A DNA stretch of 64,000 nucleotides from Phaeosaccion multiseriatum (GCA_965112735.1 OZ218951.1:1736001-1800000), one strand, 5' to 3'. Positions 1 through 24,535 are shown, counted from the first letter of the stretch. Notes: generated by a model from the letters alone, not told the origin. Program-made: numbers and translations.

Positions 1-11194
<11,194 letters not shown>

Positions 11195-11661
11195 GAGCTA
11201 GGTGGGCTTCTGCTAGTTCCCCACCCCTCCTCCCTGCGCCAATGGTACTCAACACATGAGTCAGCCTTGTTCTATCCAGCAAGGGAGGGGTGGCGGTGAT
11301 GACTTGTCCTCTGAAAGTGTGTAGAAGTAGGATGCAAAGGCAGTACAATATTGCCTCCTCCCCCCCGAGAGGTTCCCACCCAGGCCAGTGGTCGTGGACT
11401 GGGTTATTGAGAAGACAGGCGAGGGATACAGCATGGTCAGAGGAGAGGGATTCAAGATCATGGGAGGCTGGCACTATGGCAATTTCTTTTCCTACAGTTT
11501 TCCGGGAGAGACAGGAGAAACAGATTGGAGAGGAAGGGATAGAGAGGCGTACAATGGAGGGAGAGAGAGGGAGAGAGGGAAAGAAAGAGGGAGAGGGAGG
11601 GAGAGAGGCAGGAACAAAGAGGCAGGAGAGAGGGAGAGGAGAAAGAGGGAGAGAGATAGGA

Positions 11662-11769
<108 letters not shown>

Positions 11770-12490
11770 ATAGAAAGAGAGAGAGGGGAAATCCTGGGAC
11801 AAGGCTGCACTTGCGTTTCACTCACCTGCCTTCGCAGTCTCTTCTTCTGGACGTACAGTGTATAAATCTAGGAGGAAGGAAAGCCTTCGAGGTCTATCCG
11901 ACGGCGGTGGGAATTTCTGTAACTTCTTACCCTAACAAGTCAGTAGGAAGAAGTGGCCCAGGCGAGGAGGACGAGTAAACGGATACGAAAGAGAGTATGA
12001 GGAGTGGAGTGAGAGAGGAACAGTGGGGAAGGAAGGCGCTCATCCCACACCAACATGCGACTTGGCCCGGCCCTCGTCATGGAGCCCGTGTGTGGTGAGA
12101 ATCGTGGGCCCGTTTGACAGCACCAAGCACGAGAGGTAATGGGTGCATGGGCATGGTCCTGCTGGAGCGAGGGGAGGGGGGTAGCGAAGCACCGCCACCA
12201 AGGGAACACCCAAAAAAGATCCAAGGCTGCATTGGCCTTTGATCGTGTCGACGTATGGACAGGGGAGATGGTATTGACGGCACACTGGCCCCCAGCGGAA
12301 CAAAAGCTCTGAGGCCCTGAGACATTGAATGGGCGACTTGTGCCCTCAACGCTGCTCCACGAACGCTTTTTTTCCGAATCGCAGTCTCCCCGTCCCCTGC
12401 AAGCCGCCGTGGCGTGCTCGCTTCTCGAGCGGCTTTAAAGAACCCATTTTTCTGGACCCCACAAAACTCGACAAAAAGGGTTCAATCGCA

Positions 12491-13675
12491 ATGAAGAGGG
12501 CGCGATTGACGGCTGAACAACGAGGCGCGGGACGAGACCGGGTCACGGACACCGTAGGGAAGTGGCAGCGGGCCTTGCTGGCCGCACTACGGTGGACGGG
12601 GCTGGGCGCTGACATCCAGCAGGAGGGACTTTCAGCCCGCACTAGTGCGTTGGCTCAGCTTGACACGATACGTTCGGCCCGGACGAGTGTGTTGGCTCAG
12701 CAAGACGCGATGGGGAAGGTCATGGGCATTCTGGGGAAGGGGCAGCATATCTTCGTCGCGGGGGTGTGCAAGGAGTGGAGGAGGCTGTACAGCGCGGCTC
12801 ATCCAGCGTTGACGACCTCCCTTCGCAGCGTAGTGGAGTCTGTGGCGTGCGTGAAGTACGCGATCGAGGCGGTAAAGCGAGGAGGCCAGCTCTTGCCTTG
12901 TAGTGTTATCGGAGCGGCGGCGTATCGGAGAGACGTGAGCGTTTGCCAAGCTTTCGAACCCTTCTGGCCGTCGGATCTTGTCTGTGGCAGCGAGGTGTGC
13001 CAATTAGCTGCGCTGAATGCCGATCACGGCCTCAGCATTCTCAAGTGGCTCCGCTCCGAAGCCCCACCCGCCAAGCAGGGCATTTGGCAGCGGCTCCGGC
13101 CCACTGCCCTACCTGCTGGGAAGAGGCCTTGTCCGTGGGACAAGATGACTTGCTCCCAAGCCGCGTGGCGAGGGGACGTGGATATGCTCACCTGGCTGCT
13201 TTCGGATGAGGCCAATGCCCCTTTTGACCACACGCTTTGGGACTGCGCAGCACAGGCTGGGCACATCAGTGTGCTGGAGATGCTTGTAGCCCACCCCAAG
13301 GTCAGAGCCAAGCGGGAAGCGGCAGACGTCGAGGAAGGGAGCGAAGCGACAGAGTATGGTGATGGCAGTAAATGGAGATATGGAGCTCACCAGGCAGCGC
13401 ATAGTGGACGTTTGGACGTGTTGCGCTGGATGCATGCAAACGCTCGTGACCTGTGCCATTGGGACGAGGTGGTTTGCTACAATGCCACTTTTGCAAAGAG
13501 TCTGGCGGCTTTGCAGTGGCTGCGGTCGGAGAGCGTCATGTGCCCCTGGGACGGCTACTCGTGTCCTGATGCGCTTCTAAACGACGCAAATTGGGATACG
13601 GAGAGGGATGCGGCTTTTGCGGAGATAAGACAGTGGGTGCACGACAACGGACACCCCTGCGACTGCGAGGACTGA
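12491..13675 (+). CDS. Intronless ankyrin-like repeat protein of the 'CPWD...AA..G.L..L.WL' type, with an F-box-like N-terminal segment
   Basis: 448-aa ORF 12329-13675; likely start is MKRARL at 12491. Repeats: CPWDKMTCSQAAWRGDVDMLTWL, AAQAGHISVLEML, AAHSGRLDVLRWM, LQWLRSESVMCPWD. N-terminal segment: VMGILGKGQHIFVAGVCKEWRRLY. Confidence 0.8.
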   Translation: MKRARLTAEQRGAGRDRVTDTVGKWQRALLAALRWTGLGADIQQEGLSARTSALAQLDTIRSARTSVLAQQDAMGKVMGILGKGQHIFVAGVCKEWRRLYSAAHPALTTSLRSVVESVACVKYAIEAVKRGGQLLPCSVIGAAAYRRDVSVCQAFEPFWPSDLVCGSEVCQLAALNADHGLSILKWLRSEAPPAKQGIWQRLRPTALPAGKRPCPWDKMTCSQAAWRGDVDMLTWLLSDEANAPFDHTLWDCAAQAGHISVLEMLVAHPKVRAKREAADVEEGSEATEYGDGSKWRYGAHQAAHSGRLDVLRWMHANARDLCHWDEVVCYNATFAKSLAALQWLRSESVMCPWDGYSCPDALLNDANWDTERDAAFAEIRQWVHDNGHPCDCED

Positions 13676-13808
13676 GTACTGCTCGACCCTTCGCCCATCG
13701 CGCAGCTGCTGCACTCATTCCCTCATTCCCTCATTCGCTCATTCCTAAGTGCTTCTCGCCTGTGGGTATGACTGGGTGCGGTGCAAACGCGTTGCCTCTC
13801 ACGTGGGA

Positions 13809-13839
<31 letters not shown>

Positions 13840-14153
13840 TGCGCGCAAGCATATGGTGCCATCCGCGAGGAGGCGCCTCATCAAGAGGGTTGTGGTGGGG
13901 GTGGGGAGGAAGGGCGTAGAGTAGTGGCGCTGCCGTGCGAGGCGTAGATCAGTCGACAAAGCTGTGTGTCGGGTGGCGGGTAAGTAGCGAGGACTCTGCT
14001 GTGCTGCTTATGTATTATGACAATGATCAATTAGTTTCGATGAATAACTTAAGGGGTGGTGAACAGTACTATTTACAATTTACTCTTGTGGTCGAAATAT
14101 ATGTGCATGTGGGGATGGAAGTGCTCGGCACAGGGGTCCCTTGCTGTGCAACG

Positions 14154-14224
<71 letters not shown>

Positions 14225-14421
14225 CTCCCTCTTCTCCCCCCCGCCCTCCCTCTCACGATCAAGAGGGGAGGTTGCCGCAAGAGAAGATGGAGACGAAACG
14301 AGCCCCCCCCCCAAACACCCTCCTCTCTCCCTCCTCCCTCTCCCTCTCTCCCCCTTCCACCCTGTATATACAAACTCTCCTTCCCTCTCCATCTCCTTGC
14401 GGGGAAGGGCAAAAACGTCCC

Positions 14422-14937
14422 TCATGACGACAGGAAGTTCGTTGCGAAGCGCCTCCATTGTTCACTCCATTGAGCAGCAATAGTTGGTGATACAGCAGCA
14501 GGTGGTTGTAGCGATCGATGCGGGGGGGGGTGCTGTAGGAGTGCCTGCTCCTCGCGCCACCGCCGCTGTGCTTCCTTCTCCTCCCACTGTTCCCTCCGTC
14601 GCTGTTGCAGCTGCGCTTGCTGCTCCTGATGCGACTTGTAGTTATACCGCTGCTGCAGTTGATATCGCTGACGTTGCTGTTCCTCTTTCTGTCGCTGTTG
14701 CTGCTGATGCCTTTGCAATTGCTGATGGTGCTGCTGCCCTTGGTGTCGATGGTATTGATGTTGCTGATGCTGCTGTTGCCTGTACTGCTGCTGCTGCTGA
14801 TGGTACTGCGGCCCATACCCATGTGACTGGGGTTGGTGCTGCGGCACTCCGCGTCGCGCCGCCCCCGGCCGTCCTGCTGCGGCTGCGGCTGCTGCTGCTG
14901 GTGCTGCTGGTGGTGGTGCTACTGCCACCGCTGCTGG

Positions 14938-14970
<33 letters not shown>

Positions 14971-17900
14971 GAGTCCAATGTCGTTCCTCTCTTGTCCTCC
15001 ACCACGGCCGGTGCCGCAGAGTTTGCTGCCCCGATGGCACTGTATGATAGTAGGTTCACGTCCGCCGCCACCACCCGTACCACCTCCACACCCACCTCCA
15101 CCACCAATAGCACCACCGTTAGCACTACCACCGATGAACACAACAGCATCATCATCATTTCCTCCCTCGTCAACTTCTTCTTGGCGAGTTGAAACCTTCT
15201 TCCGCCCACCGTGGTCCTCACGGTCTTCGGCGCCGTCGTCCTCCTTCTCCTTCTCGTGCTCGTCCTCATCCCCCCCTTCGATGCCGGCAACAGACGCGTC
15301 TGACAGACTGTCTCCGCCACACGCCAATGCCAAGCGAGCGCAAGGTCCAGAAGAGGTTGAAAGGGCCGCCTCCTCCTCCCTCCTCTTCCTCCTTCGCCCC
15401 TTGCCCTCCTCCTTCTTCTCCTCCCCCCTTCTCTCCTCCGCTTGCTCATTGGCCATGAGGAAGGCCATTGCAGTGCTCTCCACGTCCCACCCGTGCCCAT
15501 CAAGGAAGTCGAAGAGGCACTGCACACACGCCAACGGGAAAGTGTCACGCATCTTCGTCACAAGCTGGAACTCACTCAGAGACCAAGCCCCTACTTGCTC
15601 CGCTTCCTTCAACGAAATGCCTTCCCCTGCTGCTGCTTCTGCTGCTGCTGTTGCTGCTGTATCACCAACTGCTGCCGTCGGATCCAGTCTTGACACTATC
15701 GGCAGTACTGCTGCTGCTGGATGGACAGTCTCCGAGGCTCCTCCAGCTCCTCCTGCTCGTCCCCCAGCGGTGGAGGCGGCAGGTGGTGATGGTGCAGTGG
15801 TTTCTGTTGCCGCTCTTGGTCTTGTTGCCGCTTCTTGCGCTGCACGCACTCCCACCTCCTCCGACTTATTAGGTGCAGCCTTCGTTGGCCCCAAATAGAC
15901 CGCAGAACTCCCCAATGCCGCCTTTGGTGCCATCTCGGAGACCGAATGCTTACCCTCGCTGCCATCCTTCACTCCTCTTTCACCCATATGATTGCTCCTC
16001 TTCCGATCACCTCCACCTCCTCTTCCCCCTCCCCTTGCTGCTGCGGCAACTACTGCCCCTGCTGCTGCTGCTGCTGCTGCAGGATGCTCGCCCTCCCTGT
16101 CTCTCTCTGTGAAGAGACCACTCGATGGCCCTCCACCACCCACCTCGCTACTCCTCGCTGATACACAGCGCCCATCGGATCGACACGCCCATCCATCTTC
16201 ATGTTCAAGGCCACACACCGCAATAGGACGACCACCTCCTCCTCCTCCTCCTCCTCCTCCTCCTCCTCCTCCTCCTCCTCCTCCTCCTCGTCCTCCTCCC
16301 CCACTCGCTTCCCTACCTCCTCCCTCCTCCTTGACCTCCATTCCCACAAGAGACTCCTCCCGTGGCCGCTTCCTCCCCCGTGTGGTGCCACCGGACGCCG
16401 TCTCAGCAGAGGCAGCAGTCACGCTAGCAGCAACAGCAGGAGGAGGAGCAGCAGCAGGTCCCCCGTCACCCCTTCCTCCACCATCGGCACCAGCACCGCC
16501 GCTTCCTCCTATACCGCCAGTCTCCTCTTTCACAGCATCAGCCGCAGCATTTGCCAATCTGTGCTGCTGCTGTATCACCAACTGCCGTGGTGGCAGTCGC
16601 TTCCTTGTCCGTCTGAGAATCATCGACTCTGTGCTGATTCGACGCGCGTGAGAGAGGGCCTCTTTGGCTCCGCAGCGCTCACTGGGCAAAGGAGCCAACA
16701 TACGCTCAACCAGCGCACAAAGCTCGTCAGGATAGCCGTGCTGCTGTTGCTGCATCACCAACTGCTCCTGCTGCCGTGCCCCGCCCCCTATTCCCTCTTG
16801 TCGATACCCTTCTCGGCCGCCACCTCCTCCTCCTCCTCCTCCTCCTCGTCGTCCTCCTCCTCCTACCTCTGCTGCTGCTCCAACGACAGCAGCAGCAGCA
16901 GCAGCAGCAGCAGGAGGAGGAAGAGAAGACGAAGACGAAGGAGGAGAATCGAACTCCCGGGCAGATGAGTGCGCGTCTTCTCCCCGTGTTGTCGGCAACC
17001 TCGGAAGCAAAAGGGGCCTGCTCATGGCGTGGGGAGGACATTTATAAGAAACAAATGCAAAGCAAAAAAGCACAACAAAAAGGAAATAAGCAAAGCGAGT
17101 GAGGGGGGGACCGAAGACGACAAGACGTGTGTTGTGTAATCAAACGACCGCATCCAGAGTATGCAGCCATCCAATCGAATCTCCTCACTGACTTGGTTGG
17201 ATGGTCCTGTATGTCCGCGATGGCGTCTGCCCCGGCAAGCATGCAGAAGAGCGTCTTGCCTACACTGAAGATGTCGCTCTTCATGAAGCTCAACCGACCC
17301 GCCTGAGGGGAGGGGAGGGGAGGAGGGGAGAGAGGAGGAGAGGAGGAGAGGAGGAGAGGAGGAGAGGAGGAGAGGAGGAGAGGAGAGAAGAGGAGAAGGG
17401 GAGGAGTGGAGAGGAGAGGAGAGGAGAAGGGGAGGAGAGGAGAGAATTTGAGAGGAGAAAGGAAGGAGAGGAGAGAATATGAGAGGGGCGGGGCGGGGCC
17501 GGGAGGGGAGGGGAGGGGAGAGGGGAGGGGGCGGGAAGAGAAAGGACGGAGAGGGAGAGGGTGCAAATGTGAGATACACGCGAAATGACTAGACACGTGA
17601 GAGGTGGGCTGGGGGAGGGGGGTCCTCTTACTCTGCACCCGTATACGCGCACGCACCCACGCACGCACGCACCCACGCCCTCACGCACGCACGTACCTGC
17701 GTTGCTGCAGCGTGCAGCAACTCGGGAGACTTGAAGAAAGACGCGCCAAGATCCACCTGAGATGAGGGGGGAGGGAGGGAGAGAGAGAGAGGGGCCACGC
17801 CACAGAGCGGAGGGGTGTACGCGATGAGAATCAGAGGTTGCGATGAATGTACAGGAAGGGAAGTGCGGGACAAACAACATCTTGCCCTCGCTGTTCAGGG

Positions 17901-18323
17901 GGCGGGCCATCTTGCTCGGGCCCTGGATTGAAAGACAGAGGTGCATAGGCTTTGTTGTATTGCATCTGATAGACCACTGGTTGACCGACCATAACTTTCA
18001 GTTCATTCGACCATAACGACCGAACCCACGATCCAAAACTTTGACCCGCAATGTGAGTGGATATCACAAGGTTTTGACAAGGGATAGTCACTGGTTGGTC
18101 AAGGTCCCATAAGCTGAAACTCACCTGGTCTGTCCTCTCCACGCTGAAGCTGCTTGGGTCCTACACAACATACACCCAAGCCCAGACAGTGAAGACGGGG
18201 GGGAGGGCGAGGAGGAAGAGGAGAGGAGGGGGGAGGAGAGGGGAGGGGAGGGGAGATGAGGAGAGGAGAGGAGAGGAGAGGTAGAAGTGAGAAGTGACAG
18301 GAGACATGGCAGGAAGAATACAG

Positions 18324-18401
<78 letters not shown>

Positions 18402-18457
18402 GAGGAGAGGAGAGGTAGAAGTGAAAAGTGACAGGAGACATGGCAGGAAGAATACAG

Positions 18458-18511
<54 letters not shown>

Positions 18512-18567
18512 GAGGAGAGGAGAGGTAGAAGTGAGAAGTGACAGGAGACATGGCAGGAAGAATACAG

Positions 18568-18648
<81 letters not shown>

Positions 18649-18704
18649 GAGGAGAGGAGAGGTAGAAGTGAGAAGTGACAGGAGACATGGCAGGAAGAAT
18701 ACAG

Positions 18705-18744
<40 letters not shown>

Positions 18745-21130
18745 GAAGAAGAAGCAAGCAAGATTTGACATGATGTGGTTTGACTGGCTGTGCACTGGGG
18801 ACGGAGGCTTGCCTCACTTCACTTACCCATCCTCGACACAGGGGGAGGTCAAGGCAGCATCCAAAGTCCGTTAGCTTCAGGGTATCCTCTCCCCCCTCCT
18901 TCCTGTCCACCAGCCAGTTGTCCGGCTGGGCAGGGGTGTAGGGGTTGGTTGGTTGGTTGGTTGGTTGCGTATAAAGTGAATGACTGATTGACTGATTTTT
19001 TTGATTTTGTTTTTACTAATGGAATGATTGATCAGTGGTTGATTGATTGACTGATTGATTGATTGATTGTTGGTTGGTTGGTTGGTGGGTTGGTTGATTG
19101 GTTAACTCACTGCCTGATTGATAGTGACGCACCTTGATGTCGTTGTGAGCGAGGGCGTGTGCCTGCAGGTGGCACACCACAGAGGCCATCTGAGCGGCGA
19201 AGCGGGCCGCGTCTTGAAGGACGAAGAAGGGGGGCACGCGTTTCTTGTGCCTCTCGTTGCTAATCACGCTCTATGGTAGGTGTATGTGCGAGGACCATGG
19301 GAGATGACAAGAGAGGGGAGGGGAGGGGAGGGGATGGGAGGGGAGCGGAGGGGAGGAGTCAGTATGGGAGGGGAGCGAGATGATGGGGGAAATGGGGGAA
19401 TGGCTCAGAGAGGAAAGCGAGGACGCCTTCAAGGGAGGAGGGGGAGGAGGGGGAGGAGGAGGAGGAGGACAAAAGCAGTGACGTGGCCCTCTGTGTACAG
19501 ACTAGTGAGAGGGTTCCCCTAGTGAGAGGGCTCCCCATCTCAACCTTTTCAAGCCCTGTCACGGCCACTCTCGCTACTCCTCCTCCGTTGAACATACTGT
19601 TCTGTAGACTTACTGACCTGCAGGGTGGTGCTGTAGTAAGGCATTATGAGAAACCAGGTCTGGCAGCTGTACACGCTCATGTCCACGCCGTCCTGCAGCT
19701 TCTGTAGGTGCAAGAAACAGACGGAGCGGAAACCAGCGAACCCCGGCAGGCACCACAGCACATTTTGGTCAGCGGGTCGGGGAGGGGAGGGGGGTCCTTC
19801 CCTCGTGAAGCGGAAGAGATGGGCATACAGGCATACTTCCACACACATAGTCATGTAGTGACGTTCACTCCTCCTCCTCCTCCTCCTCCTCCTCCTCCTC
19901 CTCCTCCTCCTCCTCCTCCTCCTCCTCCTCCTCCTCCTCCTCTCCTCCTCCTTCTCCTCCTAATGGTGCTACTAGTCCTCCTAATCCTCCCCCTACCAAC
20001 CTTGTGCCAATCCCCCATCAGCACCTCCTGGAAGTAGTGCTCCACCGTCACCACGTTGTGATGCGGCGGCAGGCGAGGCGAGCCGCGCCGAAGAAAGCCT
20101 GCCTCGCGCAGGATAGGGTTCTGCTCAGCACTGCCCGACAGGACCAGACCCATCTTCAAGGCGTACCTGTCACATATGGGTGTGGTTGTGGTGTGGTGTG
20201 GTGTGGTGTGGTGTGGTGTGGTGTGGTGTGGTTCAGTGTACAGTGGTGGGATGTGGATGGGGTGGGGCGGAGGACCGGTGGGGAGGGGGGGAGGTATGAG
20301 TGCGGTGTATGTATGTGTCGGACGCAACGCTCGTTCGTGTGAGCGTGGTATGGACGCTATTTGTTGTTGTTTGCTTGTTTGTATGGCTTGTCAATGACAA
20401 ACGAAGGAGCAAGCAGGGCACACACAAAAACCCATGGAGAGTGGAGAGTGAGAGAGAGTTATAGATTGGACTGGTTCTTCATCACTGCCAATCAAGGCCA
20501 TGCTAGTCCTCCCAACGGAGACAAAAGCCAATAGATGAGCCCCGGCAGGCTGTCCTCCCCCACCCCCCCCCCCGGCACTTACTTGGGTGGCGACTGGGGC
20601 TGCTGCCCCTCCTGCTTGCCCTGCTGCGTCCCCTGCTCGCCCCGTCTCGCCTGCCGCCGCTGCTGATTGGACGTGGGCGTGATCGCGGCCTTCCTTGGCG
20701 GGAAAAACAATTGGAACACCCTCGAGTTACTTCCCTGGAAGGTCCCCTCCCCTGCCCTACCGGAGCCGCCATACCGCTCCAAGCCGATGCGATCACCGAC
20801 GTCGAGCCCGGCGAGAGTGAGGCCCTGCGTGCATTGCGGAGTTAGGATGAGAGACAAGGATGGAGGGAGGGGACTCAGCAGCTAACCGAAGAGAGAGGAG
20901 CGAGAGAGGCCAATGCCCCACCCAATTTAGACAGAGATGGAGAGGGAGTCACCCGAGGAGACAGAGAGAGCGCGCGCGAGGGAGAGAGAACGAGAGAGAG
21001 GGGGAGACAGAGACAGAGACAGAGAGAGGGGGAGAGAGAGACAGAAAGGGAGAGACATAAGCATACACACACACACACAAAACACACACACACACACACA
21101 CAGACGGAGAGAGAGAGAGCGGGTCAACCC

Positions 21131-21176
<46 letters not shown>

Positions 21177-21274
21177 GAAGAACAGAAGCCAGAGAGGAGA
21201 AGGCCAAAAGAACCTTCAAGTACCTGTAGCTCTCCGAAGCCACCTGTTGCTGCTGCGGGTGGTGCTGCTGGCAT
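14422..21274 (-). CDS. Ser/Thr protein kinase (non-RD, PINK1-like motifs) with a C-terminal CUE-like ubiquitin-binding domain and low-complexity tail
   Basis: Spliced exons give the kinase subdomains in order: FQGSNSRVF (~20720), YALK (~20160), LPPHHNVVTVEHYF, WFLIMPYYSTTL (~19640), HNDIK|PDN (19133/18925), KLTDFGCCLD (~18860), VDLGASFFKSPE (~17740), KSDIFSVG (~17270). The final exon 14422-17017 contains LVERMLAPLPSER and the CUE-like LVTKMRDTFPLACVQCLFDFLDGHGWDVESTAMAFL (15454-15573). The start codon is tentative. Confidence 0.8.
18267..18743. repeat. Composite tandem repeat: 4 x (~59-bp conserved unit + variable-length (AAC)n)
   Basis: Unit AGAGGAGAGGAGAGGTAGAAGTGAGAAGTGACAGGAGACATGGCAGGAAGAATACAGAC at ~18267, 18401, 18511 and 18648, each followed by AAC runs of different length; lies in a kinase intron. 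Confidence 0.95.
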
Positions 21275-21773
21275 CGACGTCGAAGGCCATTGCCCCCCCG
21301 ACCCTCCTCTTCGCTTTCGGCCCCAATTGAAGTCCCACATTTCCCTCAACCACCCCTGCTTTCACTCATTACTCGGACACGAGTGGAATCCATTCTTTCT
21401 CCTCATGATCACATGCTTTGTTACGGAGGTAAAGAGGTGAGGAAGGAGGAGAGGGAAGGCCGCCGCTTTTTTTACTTAATAGGGAAGGAGTAATTATAAT
21501 TAGAAAAGAATAGTCGAGGGGATCGACAGGAGAAATCGAACGATCCCAGAAATCGAACAAACCCCCACACATCCATGCTCCTTTCCCCCTCTCCTTCACA
21601 AAAAAGCTCTTATATCAATAGAACAGTAGAACCACGATAGGGATCATGCAGCTATACTTATACTATGCAGCTCGGAAAGTGTTGCAGGGGTGAGGGAGCC
21701 AGCCAGTTTTTGTTCTGGAATAGATTCTGCGACGTGCCGTATGTTGAGGAGGGGCCATTAAAAAGTGTGAGGG

Positions 21774-24503
21774 ATGGCTGACGGCGAGGACGGCTGGGCT
21801 GCGATAGAGAGGGCCGCACTGGCAGTTGCCTCGAGCTCCGAGCCGTCCCTCTCCAGGCCTTCATCTTTCAGAGCCTTCCGAGACGAAGACGGAAGCCTTG
21901 TTGAGCAAAAGCGAGAGCCGAAGGAGCCTGAGGGCCTTGTAGTGGTGGTGACCAAAGAGCAGCCGCAGGAGGGAGGACGGGGGGCTGATGCCGGGCGACC
22001 CAGCGGGAGCAGCAGCAGCAGCATCGACGGCTCGGAGCAGTTCGGGCATGCCTCTTTTTCCTCTCATCGTCGCATGTCAACTCTCTCTTCACTCCCACCA
22101 TCGTCGTCGGCACCCTCGGGGAAGTCCTTCTACCGCGACGTTCCCGCCTCTGAGAGCACGTCTATCCACCGAGATTCACGCATCCACTTTGCCGACGTGG
22201 GGCGTGTGTGTCTTCGCCGGATTGAGGTGTTAGTGAGGGCAGACGTGAAGGTAAGAAGTCCTCTAGAGGTAGAGCACCAGGATGTGTGGTGGGTGTATGG
22301 CTCTCTGCCCACTCGACGCAGACAAGAAGGAAGGAGGGGAGGAAGGAAGGAAGGAAGGAAGGAAGGAAGGCTGTCTCCATTTCCCAGTCTTCCTCCTGTG
22401 GTTTCACTCTCACTCTTCAAGTTCGAAGAAAGCGTGACCCCGCCTGAGACTCCCTTCTCTGTCCCCCTCCCAACCCCTCTCGACCCACCTCCCTGTCCCC
22501 CACGCAGGCGGAGGAAGTAATGGGGCTGGTGGCGGCGTCGTGTCATCAGGAGGGGCTGCGGGTGGTTGACAGGGAGGACGCGGAGGGGAGGCTCATCGCC
22601 CATCGAATAGAGGCGCCCTACTTGGCGGGGTGAGTCAGCAGCCGGGGAGGGAGGGAGGGGTAAGGGAGGCGAGGGAGCTCGACGCGTGTGTTGGATGTGT
22701 GTGTGTGTGTATGAAAGAGAGAGAGTGAGTGTTGGGGGAGGGGGGGTGTTGACTTTTCTCTACAGGGGCTGTTACGACTGGGATTGTTGGATGGACAAAA
22801 AAGTTGGCTTAGTCTATTCCTCGCTCTTGTCCTCTCTCTCTCCCTCTCTCCCTCTCTCTCCCTGCTATCGTACCCCCCCCCCCCTCTTTCCTCCTCTCCC
22901 CCCCTCTTATCCACTCTCTCTCCCTTTTGTCCTCCCTCTCTCCCTCTCCCTCCCTCCCACCCTCCAGCGTGACAAAGAAGGCCAGGAGGAGCGCTGCTGC
23001 GAGAATGGGGGCCTTGGGGCTGGGGAGAGCAGCGGCAGCAGCAAGAGGAGGAGTAGGAGGAGCAGGAGGCACAGACGGAGGGGTGGGCATAGCCGTGGGC
23101 GACAATGTCGACGAGTGGCAGCAGCTGCGGTGTAGCCTGGGTGTGGGGTCTACTGTGGAGGAGTGGGGCGGTGTGGAGCGCGTGCTGCTCCTCGAGTTCC
23201 TCACAGAGACGCTGGCGGAGGGCGAACGGAAGCGAGCCAAGCCATATGCAGGTGCGTACGTGCGTGCGTGCGTGTGTGTCTGCGTTGTGCGTGAGTGGGA
23301 CTTTCCTGATGTGTGAGAGAGTGGAGAGAGGATTGCTGCGAAGATGCACTACTGTGAGCTTTGGTGGCGAAAAGCGTGTGCGAATGGCACTTAATGGCAC
23401 CTCCGTCTCGGCCGTCTGTTGTCCTCTTTGTGGTGTGCGCTCTCTCTTCCCTCCTTTGAAAGCCTTGGATGAGGAGGACGAGCAGGAGAACGAGCAGGAG
23501 GATGAAGAGGAAGAGGAGGAGGAGAAGGATGAGGAGGAGATGCGAATGCAGAGGGGGTGTGGCAACAGCGGCATCGACTTGCGGGATGTGACGACAGCCT
23601 CCCCCATGGGCGAAGGCACCGGAAGGCTGAATGGCAGTTTCAGTAGCTTCAGAAGTTTTAGTGGGAGCATTGGCCGAAGAGGCAGCAAGAAAGAAACTGA
23701 GGCGCAGGAGGGAGGGGGGGAGGAGAAGAAGGAGGAGAAGAAGGAGGAGGAGCAAGGGAGGCTCGCAGAGCAACGGGCCACGGAGAAGGAGGAAGAGGAG
23801 CAGACGTCTTCGCTGTCGTCCTCCTCGCGCGAAATGGGAAAAAGAATGTTCGGCAAAGCGAAAGCCTTCATGTCGAAGGGGGGCGGGTTTGAGAACGCTG
23901 CGTCTTCCCTGACCCAAGCAGTGAATTCGTCAGTTTCGTCCGTTTCGTCTTCGGTAGCCTCGGTGCGCTCTTCCCTCGGAGGCAAAGGGGACGACATTAT
24001 GTACGCGAGGAGGCTCAGTCGAAGGAGAGCGCGGTCTCTTTTGACAGGGGTGCTGCGCGACTTGAGCAGTGAGTACGTCACCGTGGATACCCTACCGGGG
24101 TGGGGCGTGGCTGTGCCTTGTTTAGTGGGGGGGGTACGAGCGGCGCAAGAAGGAAAAGAGGAAGGAGAAGGAGAGCGTAGGGAAGGGGAAGCAGATGGCG
24201 TTGGAGTGGAAGGGTATGCAGGTGGGGTAGAAGCGGAAGCCAGGGGGGAGAGAAGTGGGAGCAAGGAGGAGGAAGAGAAGAAGGGGGAGCAGAAGCAGGA
24301 GGAGGAGGAGGAGGAGGCGAAGGCGGAGGCAGGGGTCCAAGAGGGGCGGGGCGATGCCGAGCATGAGGGGGGTCAGAGTGTGGCCTTGCTTGCGTCGGGG
24401 CCCGACGGAGAGGTCGATTTGGATGGGCTGCTCTCCTTGCCGCCACCGCCACCAAGTCTGCTTTTCGGAGTTGAGGGCCCGAGGGCAGATGGGGGAGAGG
24501 AGG

Positions 24504-24535
<32 letters not shown>

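Noticed and set aside
18099-18910. CRISPR-like repeat-spacer appearance, and poly-C/L/V ORFs
   Set aside because: The spacers are only (AAC)n, there are no cas genes and the context is a eukaryotic intron; the ORFs are microsatellite translations.
22618-24264. 548-aa minus-strand ORF
   Set aside because: Antisense to the GRAM-protein exons and introns; low complexity with no motifs.
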